Origin: Octopus sinensis
Lineage: Eukaryota
DNA: 64,000 nt
NCBI RefSeq assembly: GCF_006345805.1
Contig: NW_021830465.1
Span: 1,137-65,136 of the forward strand
Direction of reading: 5' to 3'
Program-made: the position numbers and the translations under genes
Shown here: piece by piece, positions 38,328 through 51,438 of the stretch
Numbering within the stretch: the stretch's first letter is position 1
How the letters are laid out: each line of letters opens with the position of its first letter
The notes under the pieces: model-generated
What the model saw: only the letters and a program-made list of their open reading frames with translations
Told to the model about the DNA's origin: nothing
The model's database searches: none

Positions 38328-38395
38328 TATTATTATTATCATTATTATTATTATGATGATGATGATGATGATGATGATTGTGATGATGATGATAA

Positions 38396-38656
38396 ATACC
38401 CTGATGCAGCACCAGGCTGTGGCTCTCGTGGCTTCTGATCTTAACTAATTGGAAGTATTATCATGTTCATTGTTTTGTCTTGGTATAAAAGATGGGCTAC
38501 AGCAAATATTCTGCTTAATACCGCAGATTTGCTTGTCAGTTGTTTGACCTTAACCACTTGACCATGTCCCTTAGTGGCTGACGATATTATGTGCGTCTCT
38601 CACCATGAGCAGAAGTAGTGGGGAAGCATCATAGCCATGGGTTGAGAGGGATTCTT
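38396..38656 (+). mobile_element. Partial copy of TAA-flanked non-coding element T
   Basis: Reverse complement of 39004-39264, with high identity by eye. Confidence 0.85.
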
Positions 38657-38662
38657 TTATTG

Positions 38663-38709
<47 letters not shown>

Positions 38710-39264
38710 GAGTGAGAGAGCAGTTCATGCCATCAAAGTGACACTGGGGTAAAATATACGAAGCCCAGTATACCCATCATGACTACCCGTCTGATAAAGG
38801 TACACCAGGCACATGCATCACAACCATATGTGCGCGACATGGTAATCTCATATCAAGATAAACAGCACATGACCTTGCAGGTGGGGCCCAGTTAGAATTT
38901 TCTTCTGGTTGAGTAGCCCATCCCGCTCAAACGGTCGCTGAATAAGGGTTGTTTAAGGATGTTGAAATAACCACCCACGTTTCCAGAGGTGAACTATTCA
39001 AACCCCAAAGAATCCCTCTCAACACATGGCTATGATGCTCCCCCACTACTTCTGCTCGTGATCAGAGATGCACATATCGTCAGCCACTAAGGGAGATGCT
39101 CAACTGGTTAAGGTCAAACAACTGACAAGCAAATCTGTGGTATTGAGCAGAATATTTGCTGTAGCCCATCTTTTATACCAAGACAAAACAATGTACATGA
39201 TAACACTTCCAATCAGTTAAGATCAGAAGCCATGAGAGCCACTGCCTGGTACTACATCAGGGTA
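38710..39264 (-). mobile_element. Apparently complete (~555 bp) TAA-flanked non-coding element T
   Basis: Bounded by (TTA)n on both sides. Fragments recur at 23578-23750, 38396-38656 and 44915-45052. No ORF. Strand assignment is inferred. Confidence 0.75.
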
Positions 39265-39290
39265 TTATTATTATTATTATTATTATTATG

Positions 39291-39378
<88 letters not shown>

Positions 39379-39722
39379 TTGTTGCCTTTGCACAGCTTCT
39401 AACGCTGGAGATGTACTACGGTGTCAGCTGTTCACTAGCAGTGAACTAAGGTAACGCCTCTTATTTTTCGAGCACCTTCCGGAGAATTCGAGCGGTCCCA
39501 AGCAATGCTGTTTTACTGCAAGTGCTCCACCCTTATTGCAGCCCCTATTTGTTCCACGTACTTCTCAAGATTTTTGCTCACTGTTCCCAGGGCTCCGACA
39601 ATTACCGTTACTACTGCTGCTTTTTTCACCGACCACAACTGCTAATCTGTCATATCTCACGACTTTTCTTTCTTCCTTATCGCGTACGTTGTTGTCGGCT
39701 TGGCATGCTATGTCTGTGATCC
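39379..39722 (-). mobile_element. 3' fragment of a third R4/Dong-type RLE family
   Basis: ITDIACQADNNVRDKEERKVVRYD...VIVGALGTVSKNL...ALLGTARILRKVLEK*. Flanked by TAG/TAA and TTA runs. Confidence 0.82.
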
Positions 39723-39744
39723 ATTATTGTTGTTGTTATTATTA

Positions 39745-39808
<64 letters not shown>

Positions 39809-40039
39809 CATTATTATTATTTTAAGGCGACGAGCTGGCAAGATCGACAGTATGCCGGGCAAAATGCTTAGCGGCATTTCGTCCGTCTTAATATTCTAAT
39901 TTCATAATCCACCGGGTTCGACTTTGCCTTTAACCCTTTCGGGGTTGATTAAATAAGTACCAGCCATGCAATGGGGGTCGATGTAATCGACTAACCTCCT
40001 CCCTCAAAATTTCAGGCCTTGTACCCACAGTAATAAAGG

Positions 40040-40105
<66 letters not shown>

Positions 40106-40108
<3 letters not shown>

Positions 40109-40270
40109 TAGTTTTATTTTTATAGCGTGCTTTCACTTCACTACCGAGCGCAGCTTTGTGTGCCTTGGGTATGTGCTGTGATTTGTTGTGATGCTCTGAT
40201 GGTTAATGTATGGAAAGTGTTCTGCGTAGGATGTGTGCAGTGCCTAGTAGTACAATTTTCTGTATGTTAT
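40106..40270 (-). mobile_element. 3' end of R4/Dong-type family (same as 25075-25235)
   Basis: Near-identical reverse complement of 25075-25235. (TTA)n lies at its 3' side. Confidence 0.85.
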
Positions 40271-41331
40271 ATGTGTTTGTTGTTGTTGTTGTTTTAATGA
40301 CTTCTATATTCCAGATAATCCCCGACTGTGTCAAGCTGCAGATATAAAGAAAAAGAGAGATTGGTCTCTTATATTTTTGATCTATGATGTAATAGTTTAT
40401 GATGGATATAATGAACGACTAGAGAGAGAGAGCGAAAGAGAGAGATTAATTGAGAAAGAGAAAGACAGAGAGAGAGAGAGAGTGAGAGAGGGAGCTTTAA
40501 TATCTGTGAAGTCGTTTCGTGATCACATCAAAATACAATTAGTATTGACGTTTATTATAAAACGACATTTAAGCGAGGAAAAATTCACACATTCCGTCGT
40601 CTGTATCCTTGGTGACAAAACAGAATCATGCAAGAAATGAATGACGAGAAGACATATTAATATTTTCGTATCCTAGAATAAAAAGGGGGGGGGTTATATT
40701 AGCAACACCAAAAAAAAAAAAGGAAAAAACGAAGAGAAGAGATAAAAGACATTTAGAGTGAGTTCATCTTTGAAAATGAACTCATTCTACGTCAAACGTA
40801 TCCTGGTTGGCAATGCTTTAGTTGTACGCGTAGATAAATGCATCTTTTACTTGGTTCAGCTATCGGAATGCAGACACGATGAAGCACAACACCATCACCA
40901 CCAGCACATCCACCTGACCATCGATACTGGTTTGTTTGCATCTCTGCAAAACTGGTGGTTCGTCAGAAAAGACCGATCGGGTGAGCGCCAAACTTTAAAA
41001 AAGATAAGTATTGGGGTTGATTTGGTCCGACTAAACACATCGACGCGGTGCCCGAGCAAGGCCGCAGTCCGATGACTGAAACAAGTAAAACATAACAAGA
41101 AGGACCCCTAAGGATGACAGTAAAGTCGAAAATGGTGGGAATTGAACTCATTGTGCAAAATCTTGGAACAAATGTCGAAAGATTTTTTATTCCAATATCC
41201 TTAAGATTTTGCATATCAGTCATGCTGTGTAGGGAACATTGAAAAGCTGAAATACAACAAAAAAAATATCTGGTGCAAAAGGGCAAACGATTCTGCCAGC
41301 TCGCCACATTAGGCTTAATAATAATAATGCT

Positions 41332-41405
<74 letters not shown>

Positions 41406-41467
41406 CAACAACAATGATGATGATAATAATAACAACAACAACAACAACAATAATAATAATAATAATG

Positions 41468-41539
<72 letters not shown>

Positions 41540-42040
41540 TAATCATAATGATGATCATGATCATGATCATCATGATTTGAAATATTGGCTGAAGGGCAGC
41601 AGTCCTAGGTGTGATGTTAAGTCGATTAGAACGACCTCAGCTGCTACTTATTTTATGACATCGAAAGCATGAAGGGAAAAGCTGACCTCGGCAGAATTTG
41701 AACTCGGAACGTAACGCCAAAAGGATTACCTATTTCTTTATTACCCACAAGGGGCTAAACACAGAGGGGACAAACAAGGACAGACATAGGTATTAATTCG
41801 ATTACATCTACACCAGTGCGTAACTGGTACTTAATTTATCGACAGGAAGGTCATATCGGCTGTCTAAGAAGGTCATATCGGATGTCGCTATGGTCAGGGT
41901 GATGAACACCTTCTCAATGGACATGTTTACATACGCATTCTGGGGCCCCGACCTGGAGCTGGAGCATTGCCTAAGGGACGCGTACAGCATGGTCTGGGAG
42001 GAGGATGATTGGGCTTTGTGTATAGTATTTATATATATTA

Positions 42041-42427
42041 CTAGCAGTATCGCCCGGCGTTGCTCGGGTTTGTAAGGGAAATAACTATATAAGCCTTTTT
42101 AGAGAGTTATAGCCAAAAAATGCATTAAAAATGGAAAAAAAATTATGGTAAATTTTTTTTTAAATCGTTGACTCATCGTAGACATTTTTAGAGAGTTACT
42201 TCCCTTATATAATAGCGAAAAAATGCATTAAAATGGAAAAAAATTATGGTAATTTTTTTTTTAAATCGTAGACTCATCGTAGACGCGCGCTAATACCCAG
42301 AAGGGCTCGATATGAATCACGACTATAAGATACCCGGTTTTGATTAAACTGCACCGCAAAATGTGGGAGTAGTTAGGAATCTAAATCGTAGGAGACAGAC
42401 ACACAACTTGACTTTTATATATAAAGA
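42041..42427 (-). mobile_element. Non-autonomous Helitron, same family as 33411-33805
   Basis: High-identity reverse complement with the same TC/CTAG ends and A|T insertion site. Confidence 0.9.
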
Positions 42428-42699
42428 TATGTAATTATTGAAATATGTTGTTGTTTGTAACTGACTGTTAAGTCCCAAAATTGAAAAGTTGTAAAAGTTG
42501 TAAGAGGTTTAATACTTCATTTTGTGTTTGGTTTTAAAGAGAAATGTTTTAGAGAAGCAAAAGTCGGCGGGTGCTTTTTGTCTTCTCCCATCCTTATCAT
42601 CTTTGTTTCATTATCATTCATTTCATTAATGTCCTTGTCCAACCCGCAAAGCTACTTTTACTCTATGTACTGCCTTTATGGCAAATGTAATGAAATGAA

Positions 42700-42943
42700 G
42701 AAGGAGAAGAATAAGAAGGAGGAGGAGGAGGAGGAGGAGACGAAGAGGAAGGGGAAGAAGAAGAAGAAGAAGAAGAAGAAGAGAAGAAGAAGAGGAGGAA
42801 GAAGGAGAAGAAGAAGAAGAAGAAGAAGAAGAAGAAGAAGAAGGAGGAGACGAAGAGGAAGGAGAAGAAGGAGAAGAAGAAGAAGTGGAAGACGAAGAAG
42901 AAGACGAAGAAGAAGAAGAAGAAGAGAAGAAGAGAAGAAGAAG

Positions 42944-42974
<31 letters not shown>

Positions 42975-42975
42975 T
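42700..42975. repeat. (GAA/GGA)n purine tract
   Basis: Direct inspection. Source of the K/E/R-rich ORF 42524-42988. Confidence 0.95.
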
Positions 42976-44361
42976 AATGAAGGATTAATATGTTGGCGAT
43001 CCTCTCATTGCGTATCATTCATCCATTGTAGTTTGGCTCTGTTAGTTGCGGTTGTTTAATGATATCTATGAATTTTCTCTACAACATTACATTTCAGTTT
43101 TTACAAAACGCCATTTTAAATTCATTTGCTTATTTCACTTTCTGTTCTATAAAGAACAATATTCTTTCTGCCGCTGTTCTTGTTGTTACCCTCCCATTTG
43201 TTGTTGTTATCGTTGTTGTTGTTGTTGTTGTTATTGTTCTTTTTATTACTTCTAGTGTTCTTGCCGTTTATTTTTTCTCTGATGTCGTAGTTTATGTTGA
43301 TGTTGTTCTTATGACTGAACTACGCCCATTTCTTTTGTGCAGATCAAAAACAAGTTCGTTTATTGTCTTTTATTTTAAATTCAAGATTAAGAATACATTC
43401 GCTGGATAATTTGCATCTAGAAAAATAAAAAAAAGGAAAAAAAAAATATGTGAAAGAGTTATAGTATTAGCTGTGGTGGCAGTAATAATAGTAATTGTGG
43501 TTGTAGTAATGGTAACCTTAGACGCAGTAGTAATATAACCGATAGTGAACACAAAACCAGTTGCTTTGTTTTAGTATTATAATCATTGCTTGTGATATTA
43601 CAGAATTTTGAAGTGTATACTTTCACTTTCGCTTTTGGATTTTGGATTTACTTGTGAACCACCATATTTATAGTAACCTTTACATTGTGGAAGAGATGAT
43701 CCACGTTAATCGGCTTCTAACTCTTACCTTTTTTTTTTGCATGGGAGGCCCTGCTAGGAACTTGGACTCCACTGACATAGCACAAACTCATAAACTAGAT
43801 CCTGTGATAGTCCCATGGATGTTTACAGGTACTTAAACTGTCGTTCATATAAAGATAATTACTAAAGATAATCCCTAGTAGACTATACCACAAACTGAAA
43901 TAGCTTATGACCTAATTACTCGAGCCACTGAATAGTCCTTTATTGCCGGTCGATCTGCAAGAAATAGCAACCAAATCTTGCTAGAATTAGAACATAAAGG
44001 TGCAGATATGACCATGTTGCTTAAGAAATTGGCCGAGCAATCACGTGGTTTCTGGTTCAGTACCACTATGTGACACAATGCCTTGTAAAGTAAATTGTTG
44101 CTCAGAGGCTTTTGTGTAAGTTCCAGTGATCTAGCGATTTCTATCGATCAAAATAGACCCATGGAATAAAGAACAAATTCAAACTAAGCAATGGCATCCA
44201 TTTGTCCCACCAACCCCCTTCAAGTAGAAGAGTAAAGGAATAAAAGCACATATTCTGTTAAATAGTAGACACAACAGACTGTATAGTCCTAGATGTGCAG
44301 TGTAAATATGATGATTAGATGACAAGGATTAGAATACTTTTGCTTGATAGTCTGCTCCTCT

Positions 44362-44666
44362 GGAGGCATGTGGCCTAGTGGCTAGAGCAGCGAACTCGCG
44401 GTCAAGCAATCGCGGGTTCGAACCTCAGACCGAGCGATGTGTTTATTTATGAGCGAAACAGCTAAACTCCATGCGGCTCCTGCAGAAGGTAATGGCGAAC
44501 TTCTGCTTACTCTTTCTCCACAATTTCCTTTCGCTCTCTCCTCCTGCATGTAGCTGCTCACCTGCGACGGAACGGCGTCCCGTCTATGTGGGGAGCCTAT
44601 ACGCCAATGAAACCGGGAAACCGGCCTTTATGAGACAAGCATAGCTCGAGAACGAACAAACAACAA
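44362..44666 (+). mobile_element. tRNA-headed SINE sharing head and core with 20875-21348 but with a different tail
   Basis: A-box tggcctagtgg and B-box ggttcgaacc. Shared core to about 44540, then ggcgtcccgtc...gaaaccgggaaaccggcc and an (AAC)n end. Confidence 0.8.
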
Positions 44667-45061
44667 TAGCCTGCCCTTGTTGGTCAAACATAACGCTAAG
44701 CAAAATTAACAACCGGTCTTCCCAAGGAATATTAATAATGATTTATTTCATACCGTAATGGAGGAGATATGCATATCTGTTAGAATTTATTGATTACATT
44801 GTGTAACACAATTTTTGTCCTTGGATAGCAACTGTTATTTCCTATTTGCTTACTCGCTGGAGAATCTGAAATATGGCTAACATATCTTTCAAACATTGCT
44901 TTTGTTACATTTATTGAAATCCCAAAGAATCTCTCTCAAAATATAGCTATGATGCTCCCTCACTACTCCTGCTTATGATCAGAGATGCTCATATTGTCAG
45001 TCACATGTTCAAGTATTTAATATCAAGCAACTGAAAAGCAAATCTGTGGTATTGATAACGT

Positions 45062-45527
45062 TAAGACAGACAAAATATCGCTAAGCATTTCGTCCGGCGT
45101 GTTAACATTTCTGCCAGCTCGCCGCCTTAAAATCTTTTCTACTCTAGGCACAAGGCCCAAAGATTTGGGGAGCGGGCCAGGCGATTATATCGATCATAGT
45201 ACGCAACTGGTACTTAATTAATCGATCTCGAAAAGATGAAAGGCAAAGTCGATGTCGGCGGAATTTGAACTGAGAACGTAAAGACAGACGAAATACCTAT
45301 TTCTTTACTAACCACAAGAAGCTAAACATAGAGAGGACAAACAAGGACAGGCAAACGGATTAAGTCGATTACATTGACCCCAGTGCGTAACTGGTACTTA
45401 TTTAATCGACACCGAAAGGATGAAAGGCAAAGTCGACCTCGGCGGAATTTGAACTCAGAACGTAACGGCAGACGAAATACGGCTACGCATTTCGCCCGGT
45501 GTGCTAACGTTTCTACCAGCTTCCCGC
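45062..45527 (-). mobile_element. SINE family A: full-length plus head-less monomer plus extra head
   Basis: Same aaagaaata|ggtatttcgtctg junction (about 45297) as at about 18850. Confidence 0.9.
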
Positions 45528-47244
45528 CATTTGGAATCGCTAAATTAACATAATGATACTGCATTTGATGTAAGCGACTTTTCCCATGACATGAAATCTG
45601 TTGGCCTTGAAACCGGCAATGAATCGGTATTACGTTAAAAAAAAAAGATATTGTGAACTCGGGTACTTATACATAAGGGAAACCGGGTACCCGCTCTTAT
45701 CAGTATTAGGACTAAAAGAAAAATTCATAATGCAGCTTAAGGGTGTAACAGAAAGGAGATGTGAGGTGTTATAACATTACCCAGCGGAAAGTCTTGTCTT
45801 AAAATTATCAGACGCCGAGAATCCGCAAAAAATCACTTTACGTACGAGACAAATATTAAATTGTGTATTTTCGCTCTTAGCATTTCGCCGTTTTTCTCAT
45901 AGTATAATATAATATTATATATAATGAGTACCAAGTACCCGGCGTCACATTGCTTCAGAAATGATTTAAATAGATTCTGCGTGTGATTAGAAAAGAAGTC
46001 AAAGTTTATCTAACGCTAATGCGATATTTTTATGATTGCAGCAATGTGCTGTTTGCATGTATGAGTGCGCGCACGTATGAGCGAGCGTGTATGTGTGTGT
46101 TTGTGTAAATGTGTGTGTGTTGATATTTTAAAAGGATATATGCGTCGAGTAATATTCATACAAGAATGAAAAAAAACAAAGAAACGTAAAAACAAATAAT
46201 AGGTACTAATCGTTATATTTTTTACCATATTTTATTTTCAGAAAATAATACGAAAAAGTAAGAAAGAAAGAAAAGAAAAATGCTAACGCAAAAACAAAAT
46301 AAGGAAATTTAACACTGTATGCAAATTAACGGAAACTGATACATAGGTTATTATAATAATGGTTTCAAATTTTGGCAAAATGTTTCTTTCTCGAAGGAGT
46401 TAAAGGAAAATTTACCTTGGTGGTATTTGAAATGAATCCCGAAATATAATTTTCACGACGCCCTAACGTCTCTGCTAAATATGCGCCGTCATACTTCATA
46501 TTTTATCTACGCTACAAGAAAAAGACAAAGTTGAACTCAGAAAATAAAGAAAAAACCCTAACAACTGCCAGACATGTTGCCATTATCTCTCTTCCTCTCT
46601 TTTTCTCTTTATCTCTCTCTAAGTATTTATCTATCTATCTGTCTCTTTGTCTGTATGTCCGCCTGACTGTCTATCTACATTTTGTCAAACATAGTCTTTC
46701 AATGGTACCATATTAAGATAAATATCTTGAAAACATGTAGAAGCTTTGCTGCATAATTAATTTAGCTAGCTTCTCATTTCAGCTAGAATATTCTTTAAAA
46801 TTATTAATACGTGTGTGTGTATGTGCTTTATATGTATGTATGAGCGTTTATATGTACCATATATATACTCACATATACATACGTAAATAGACACACACGT
46901 ACAGATATATACACATATATATGCAAATGATCAGTTTAAATTTAAATTCTGGAGCCAGAATTTTGCGCCAGAAACTTTGAAAAGTTTATAATACAAAATT
47001 GATTTTAAAATTTCATAATGCTTGCTGTCAACTTACAAAAGGACAGCAGGACACGGAGTTTCAGCTCTGGGAATTCGCTCAAGGACCAATGAAAAGATAA
47101 CAAAATTCGCACACACAAACTCATTGCTGCGTACACACGAGATATAATTTGTTTATAAGATTAGTCGAAACGTTTGTGTCAATCATGCATTGGTTTGTTA
47201 CATATGTACAAATCCCAATATTTATGACGTTGGTCAGGACAGTT

Positions 47245-47930
47245 AGATTATTGTAATTTGGTGTTTCGTTCTGAAGCAGTTACTGACATAAATGAAGATG
47301 GATGTCTGTAAACTATTTCAGAAATCTAGTACGCGGAATGGTTTCGACGTAATGATCGTCGTGTATGTTTTTTAAATCGACTGGCATTCCGTCGGTTACG
47401 AAGAAGAGGGTTCCAATTGGTCCGACCAAGGGAATAACTAGCTCGAAAAATTAGCATGCGAGTGAATGAGCACTCGACAGACACGTGAAATAAAGTGCCT
47501 TACACAAGGACAAAGTGTGGAATAAAGTGTCTTGCACAAAGAGACTGATTATTGTAATTTTAGTGTTTCGTTATAAAGCGGTTACTGCTTTAAATGAAAA
47601 TGAACGTCTGTAAACTATTGAAGGTTTCTAGCACGAGGAATGGTCTCGACGTAAAATTAACATCTAATACATCGTCGTGTATATTTTAAAAGTCGGCTGG
47701 CACTCCGTCGGTTAAGAAGAAGAGGTTTCGATTTGACTCGATCAACCGAACAACCAGCTCGTAAAATGAACTTGCAAGTGAATGAGCACTCCACAGACAC
47801 GTAGAATAATGCGTCTTGCTCAAGAACACATTGTGAAATAAAGTGTCTGGCTTAAGGAGACGATGCGCTACTTGGAATTAATCTCACGGGATTACGATCG
47901 TGAGTTGGTCACAGCAACAAAGGTAAGCTC
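47245..47930. repeat. Old diverged tandem duplication (~300-bp unit) containing SINE family C pieces
   Basis: gattattgtaattt...gtgtttcgtt...ctgtaaactatt...tggca(t/c)tccgtcggtta occurs twice (units from about 47245 and about 47546). Confidence 0.75.
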
Positions 47931-48315
47931 AACATGAACGGAGATTGAATTCTGAATTCAAAGGGTTAGTATAGATACTTAATACTGGCACTCAATTGAG
48001 TACAATGATAAGGGTTCCAGTTGATCCGATCAACGACAGAGCCTCCTTGTGAAATTAACGTACAAGTCATTGAGCACTCCACTGACACGAGTACCCTTAA
48101 TGTAGTTCTCAGGGAGATTCAGTTTGATACAGGATGTGACAACGCTTCCCCTTTGAATTACAGGTACTACTCATTTCTGCCAGACTGGAGCAACGTAAAA
48201 TAAAATGCCTTGATCTTTCTTATATTTTCGCTCATTCATCATGTATGTATATATAGATGTGTGTGTATATGTATGTGCGTATGCATGTATGTGCGTATGA
48301 ATGTATGTGTACGCA

Positions 48316-49072
<757 letters not shown>

Positions 49073-49124
49073 CGTAAGATATATATGTACATGTGTGTGC
49101 GTGTGTGTGTATGTATATTTTATC

Positions 49125-49490
49125 TTTTATCTCTTGTTTGTTTCAGTTATTAAACTGAGGCGATGCTGGGGCATTTTAGTCGAATGAATTGACCCCAGTA
49201 CCTAAACCTGGTACTTATCCTATCGGCTTCCTTTGCCGAACTGCTAAACTACGGGGACATAAACACACCAACAACGGTTGTCAAGCGGTGGTGGAGGACG
49301 AACACACACACACACACACACACACATACATATGTCCGAGTATACGACGGCCGTCTACCAAATCCATTTACAAGGCTTTAATCGACCCGAGGCCATAGTA
49401 GAAAACACTTGCCCAAGGTCTTACGCAGTAGGACTGAACCCGGAACATTGTGATCGGGATGCAAGCTTCTTACCACACAGCTACACATGA
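49125..49490 (-). mobile_element. SINE family B, degenerate copy inverted relative to 48316-49072
   Basis: Same blocks in reverse order. Confidence 0.8.
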
Positions 49491-50212
49491 CCCTATGCAT
49501 ATATCAAATACTCTCAATTCTATAGTTTAGTGTAAGATAATTGATCAATGTATCTTTCAGTGTAAATTGAACCCGGACGCCATCGGTTGCGAAGTGAATG
49601 TTGTACCGATAGGCACAAGGTTTCGCTAAAATACGAAAAGGTGTTCAGTATATCTCATCCCTTCGTGTTGCTCATGTACGATCTAGGAAAGATAACGTAC
49701 AGAGTTGATTTTAAGAAGATAAAACTGCGCAACAGCTTCAAGGCTATGATGATCTTTTTTTTTTACTTATTCATTTATTTATTTATTTATTTATTTATTT
49801 TATATATGCTTTGATGTGGTTCAAAAAGTTAGATTAGCAATCGTTAAATTCTAATAAGAGCTGAGTTTAAGTGAAGAGGCGAAAAAAACCATAGCGTTGA
49901 TAACAATGTAGTTTGACTTTATCAGAGATCTTCTCTATCAGGGCTGTTCTAGAGCTAAGTAATAGCAACATCATTACTGACAAAAATTACAACACCATCA
50001 AAAACAACAATGGCAAATCCGACAAGACAAAGGTGGAAATACTTTAAAAAGAGACATGGCTACCAAAATAAGTGATCGCACATTTATAGAACATTCCTGC
50101 AATATGTAGTAAGATTCCAGTGTTTTGAACTCCACCGTTCGTACCGTTTGGTGTTACTAGAAAGTGCTTATAAGGATTTTAAAGCATTTCGGATACTAGT
50201 CTTTTCCTTATA

Positions 50213-50468
50213 ATCAACGGAACAGCCTGCTCGTGAAATTAACGGAGTGCAAGTGACTGAGCACTCTACAAACACGTGTACAATTAAAGTAGTTCTCGGG
50301 GAGATTCAGCGTGACACAGAGTGGGATAAAGACGGTCCTTTGGAATACAGGTACAACTCACTTTAGCCAGTTGAGTGGACTGGAGCAACGTGAAATAAAA
50401 TGTCTTACTCAAGGACGCAACGCGTTGACGGAAATTGAACTCACGAGCTTACGGCTAAGCCAGGCGCC
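50213..50468 (-). mobile_element. SINE family C (tRNA head, CORE-like block)
   Basis: gagttcaatttcc B-box, gcgtccttgagtaagacattttatttcacgttgctccagtccactca core. Homologous to 48005-48215. Confidence 0.78.
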
Positions 50469-50673
50469 TTCACACACACACACACACAGACTTCTTCAAC
50501 TTCCAAACCTAAATTTCACTGACAAATCGTTTATCGGTAATATTAAAAGACAGCCAGCGGAACTGAACTAGATCAGATAGTGCTACCAATATGGCCATGT
50601 CTGTGCCCACGCGCGCATTCATACACATACATAAATATATACACATATAAAATTACATTCATGCATTCCTATA

Positions 50674-50727
<54 letters not shown>

Positions 50728-50814
50728 TATATAATAATAATAAATATTAGGGAATAAATCCAAATTTACAGGGAAAAAATCAGATTTAGGATTAAATCGA
50801 TTTTATAGTAAAAT

Positions 50815-51153
50815 TATAAAATATTATTCGAGACAAAACCACTATTTTGCAAAACAAACAAGGAAAGACTTAATCAATACATAAAATTTTAGTAAATAGT
50901 CAAAAAAAACCGCCACTACAATCGTTTCTTGTCTTGATCGACAATCTTCAGGTGGACTTCCAATTACAAGTCAATTTCAAATAATGAAGTCTTCATTATT
51001 TGAAATTGACTTGTAATTGGAAGTCCACCTGAAGATGTCGATCAAGACAAGAAACGATTGTAGTGGCGGTTTTTTTTACTATTTATTAAAATTTTATGTA
51101 TTGATTAAGTCTTTCCTTGTTTGTTTTGCAAAATAGTGGTTTTGTCTCGAATA

Positions 51154-51163
<10 letters not shown>
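50815..51163. repeat. Near-perfect 349-bp palindrome (fold-back) carrying a hammerhead motif in each arm
   Basis: Arms 50815-50989 and 50991-51163, 1-nt centre, about 3 differences. Confidence 0.93.
50913..50955 (-). ncRNA. Type I minimal hammerhead motif (mirror copy at 51025-51066, plus strand)
   Basis: CCAC-CTGAAGA-TTGTC-gatcaa-GACAA-GAAAC-gatt-GTA-GTGG. All core bases are present. Confidence 0.75.
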
Positions 51164-51186
<23 letters not shown>

Positions 51187-51314
51187 TTTATTATATAGAA
51201 GGAGCTTCTACAGGACTAGAACTGTTTCATTCAAGAGAAATCTTCAGGAGCTTCCTGAAGATTTCTCTTGAATGAACAGTTCTAGTCCTGTAGAAGCTCC
51301 TTCTATATAATAAA
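51187..51314. repeat. 128-bp palindrome built from a second, unrelated hammerhead motif
   Basis: Arms 51187-51249 and 51253-51314, loop GCT. Motif GGAGCTTC-CTGAAGA-tttctcttgaat-GAA(A)CAG-ttctagtc-CTGT-A-GAAGCTCC. Confidence 0.9.
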
Positions 51315-51380
51315 TTAATTTTACTCTACTATGTATTGAGTACCTTATTTACTGTGGTTAACCCGAATCAACCCAGGACC

Positions 51381-51438
<58 letters not shown>

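Noticed and set aside
41875-41935. Weak resemblance to histone H2B (AM..MN.F..D.F)
   Set aside because: H2B is highly conserved, this match is loose, and the flanking residues do not fit.
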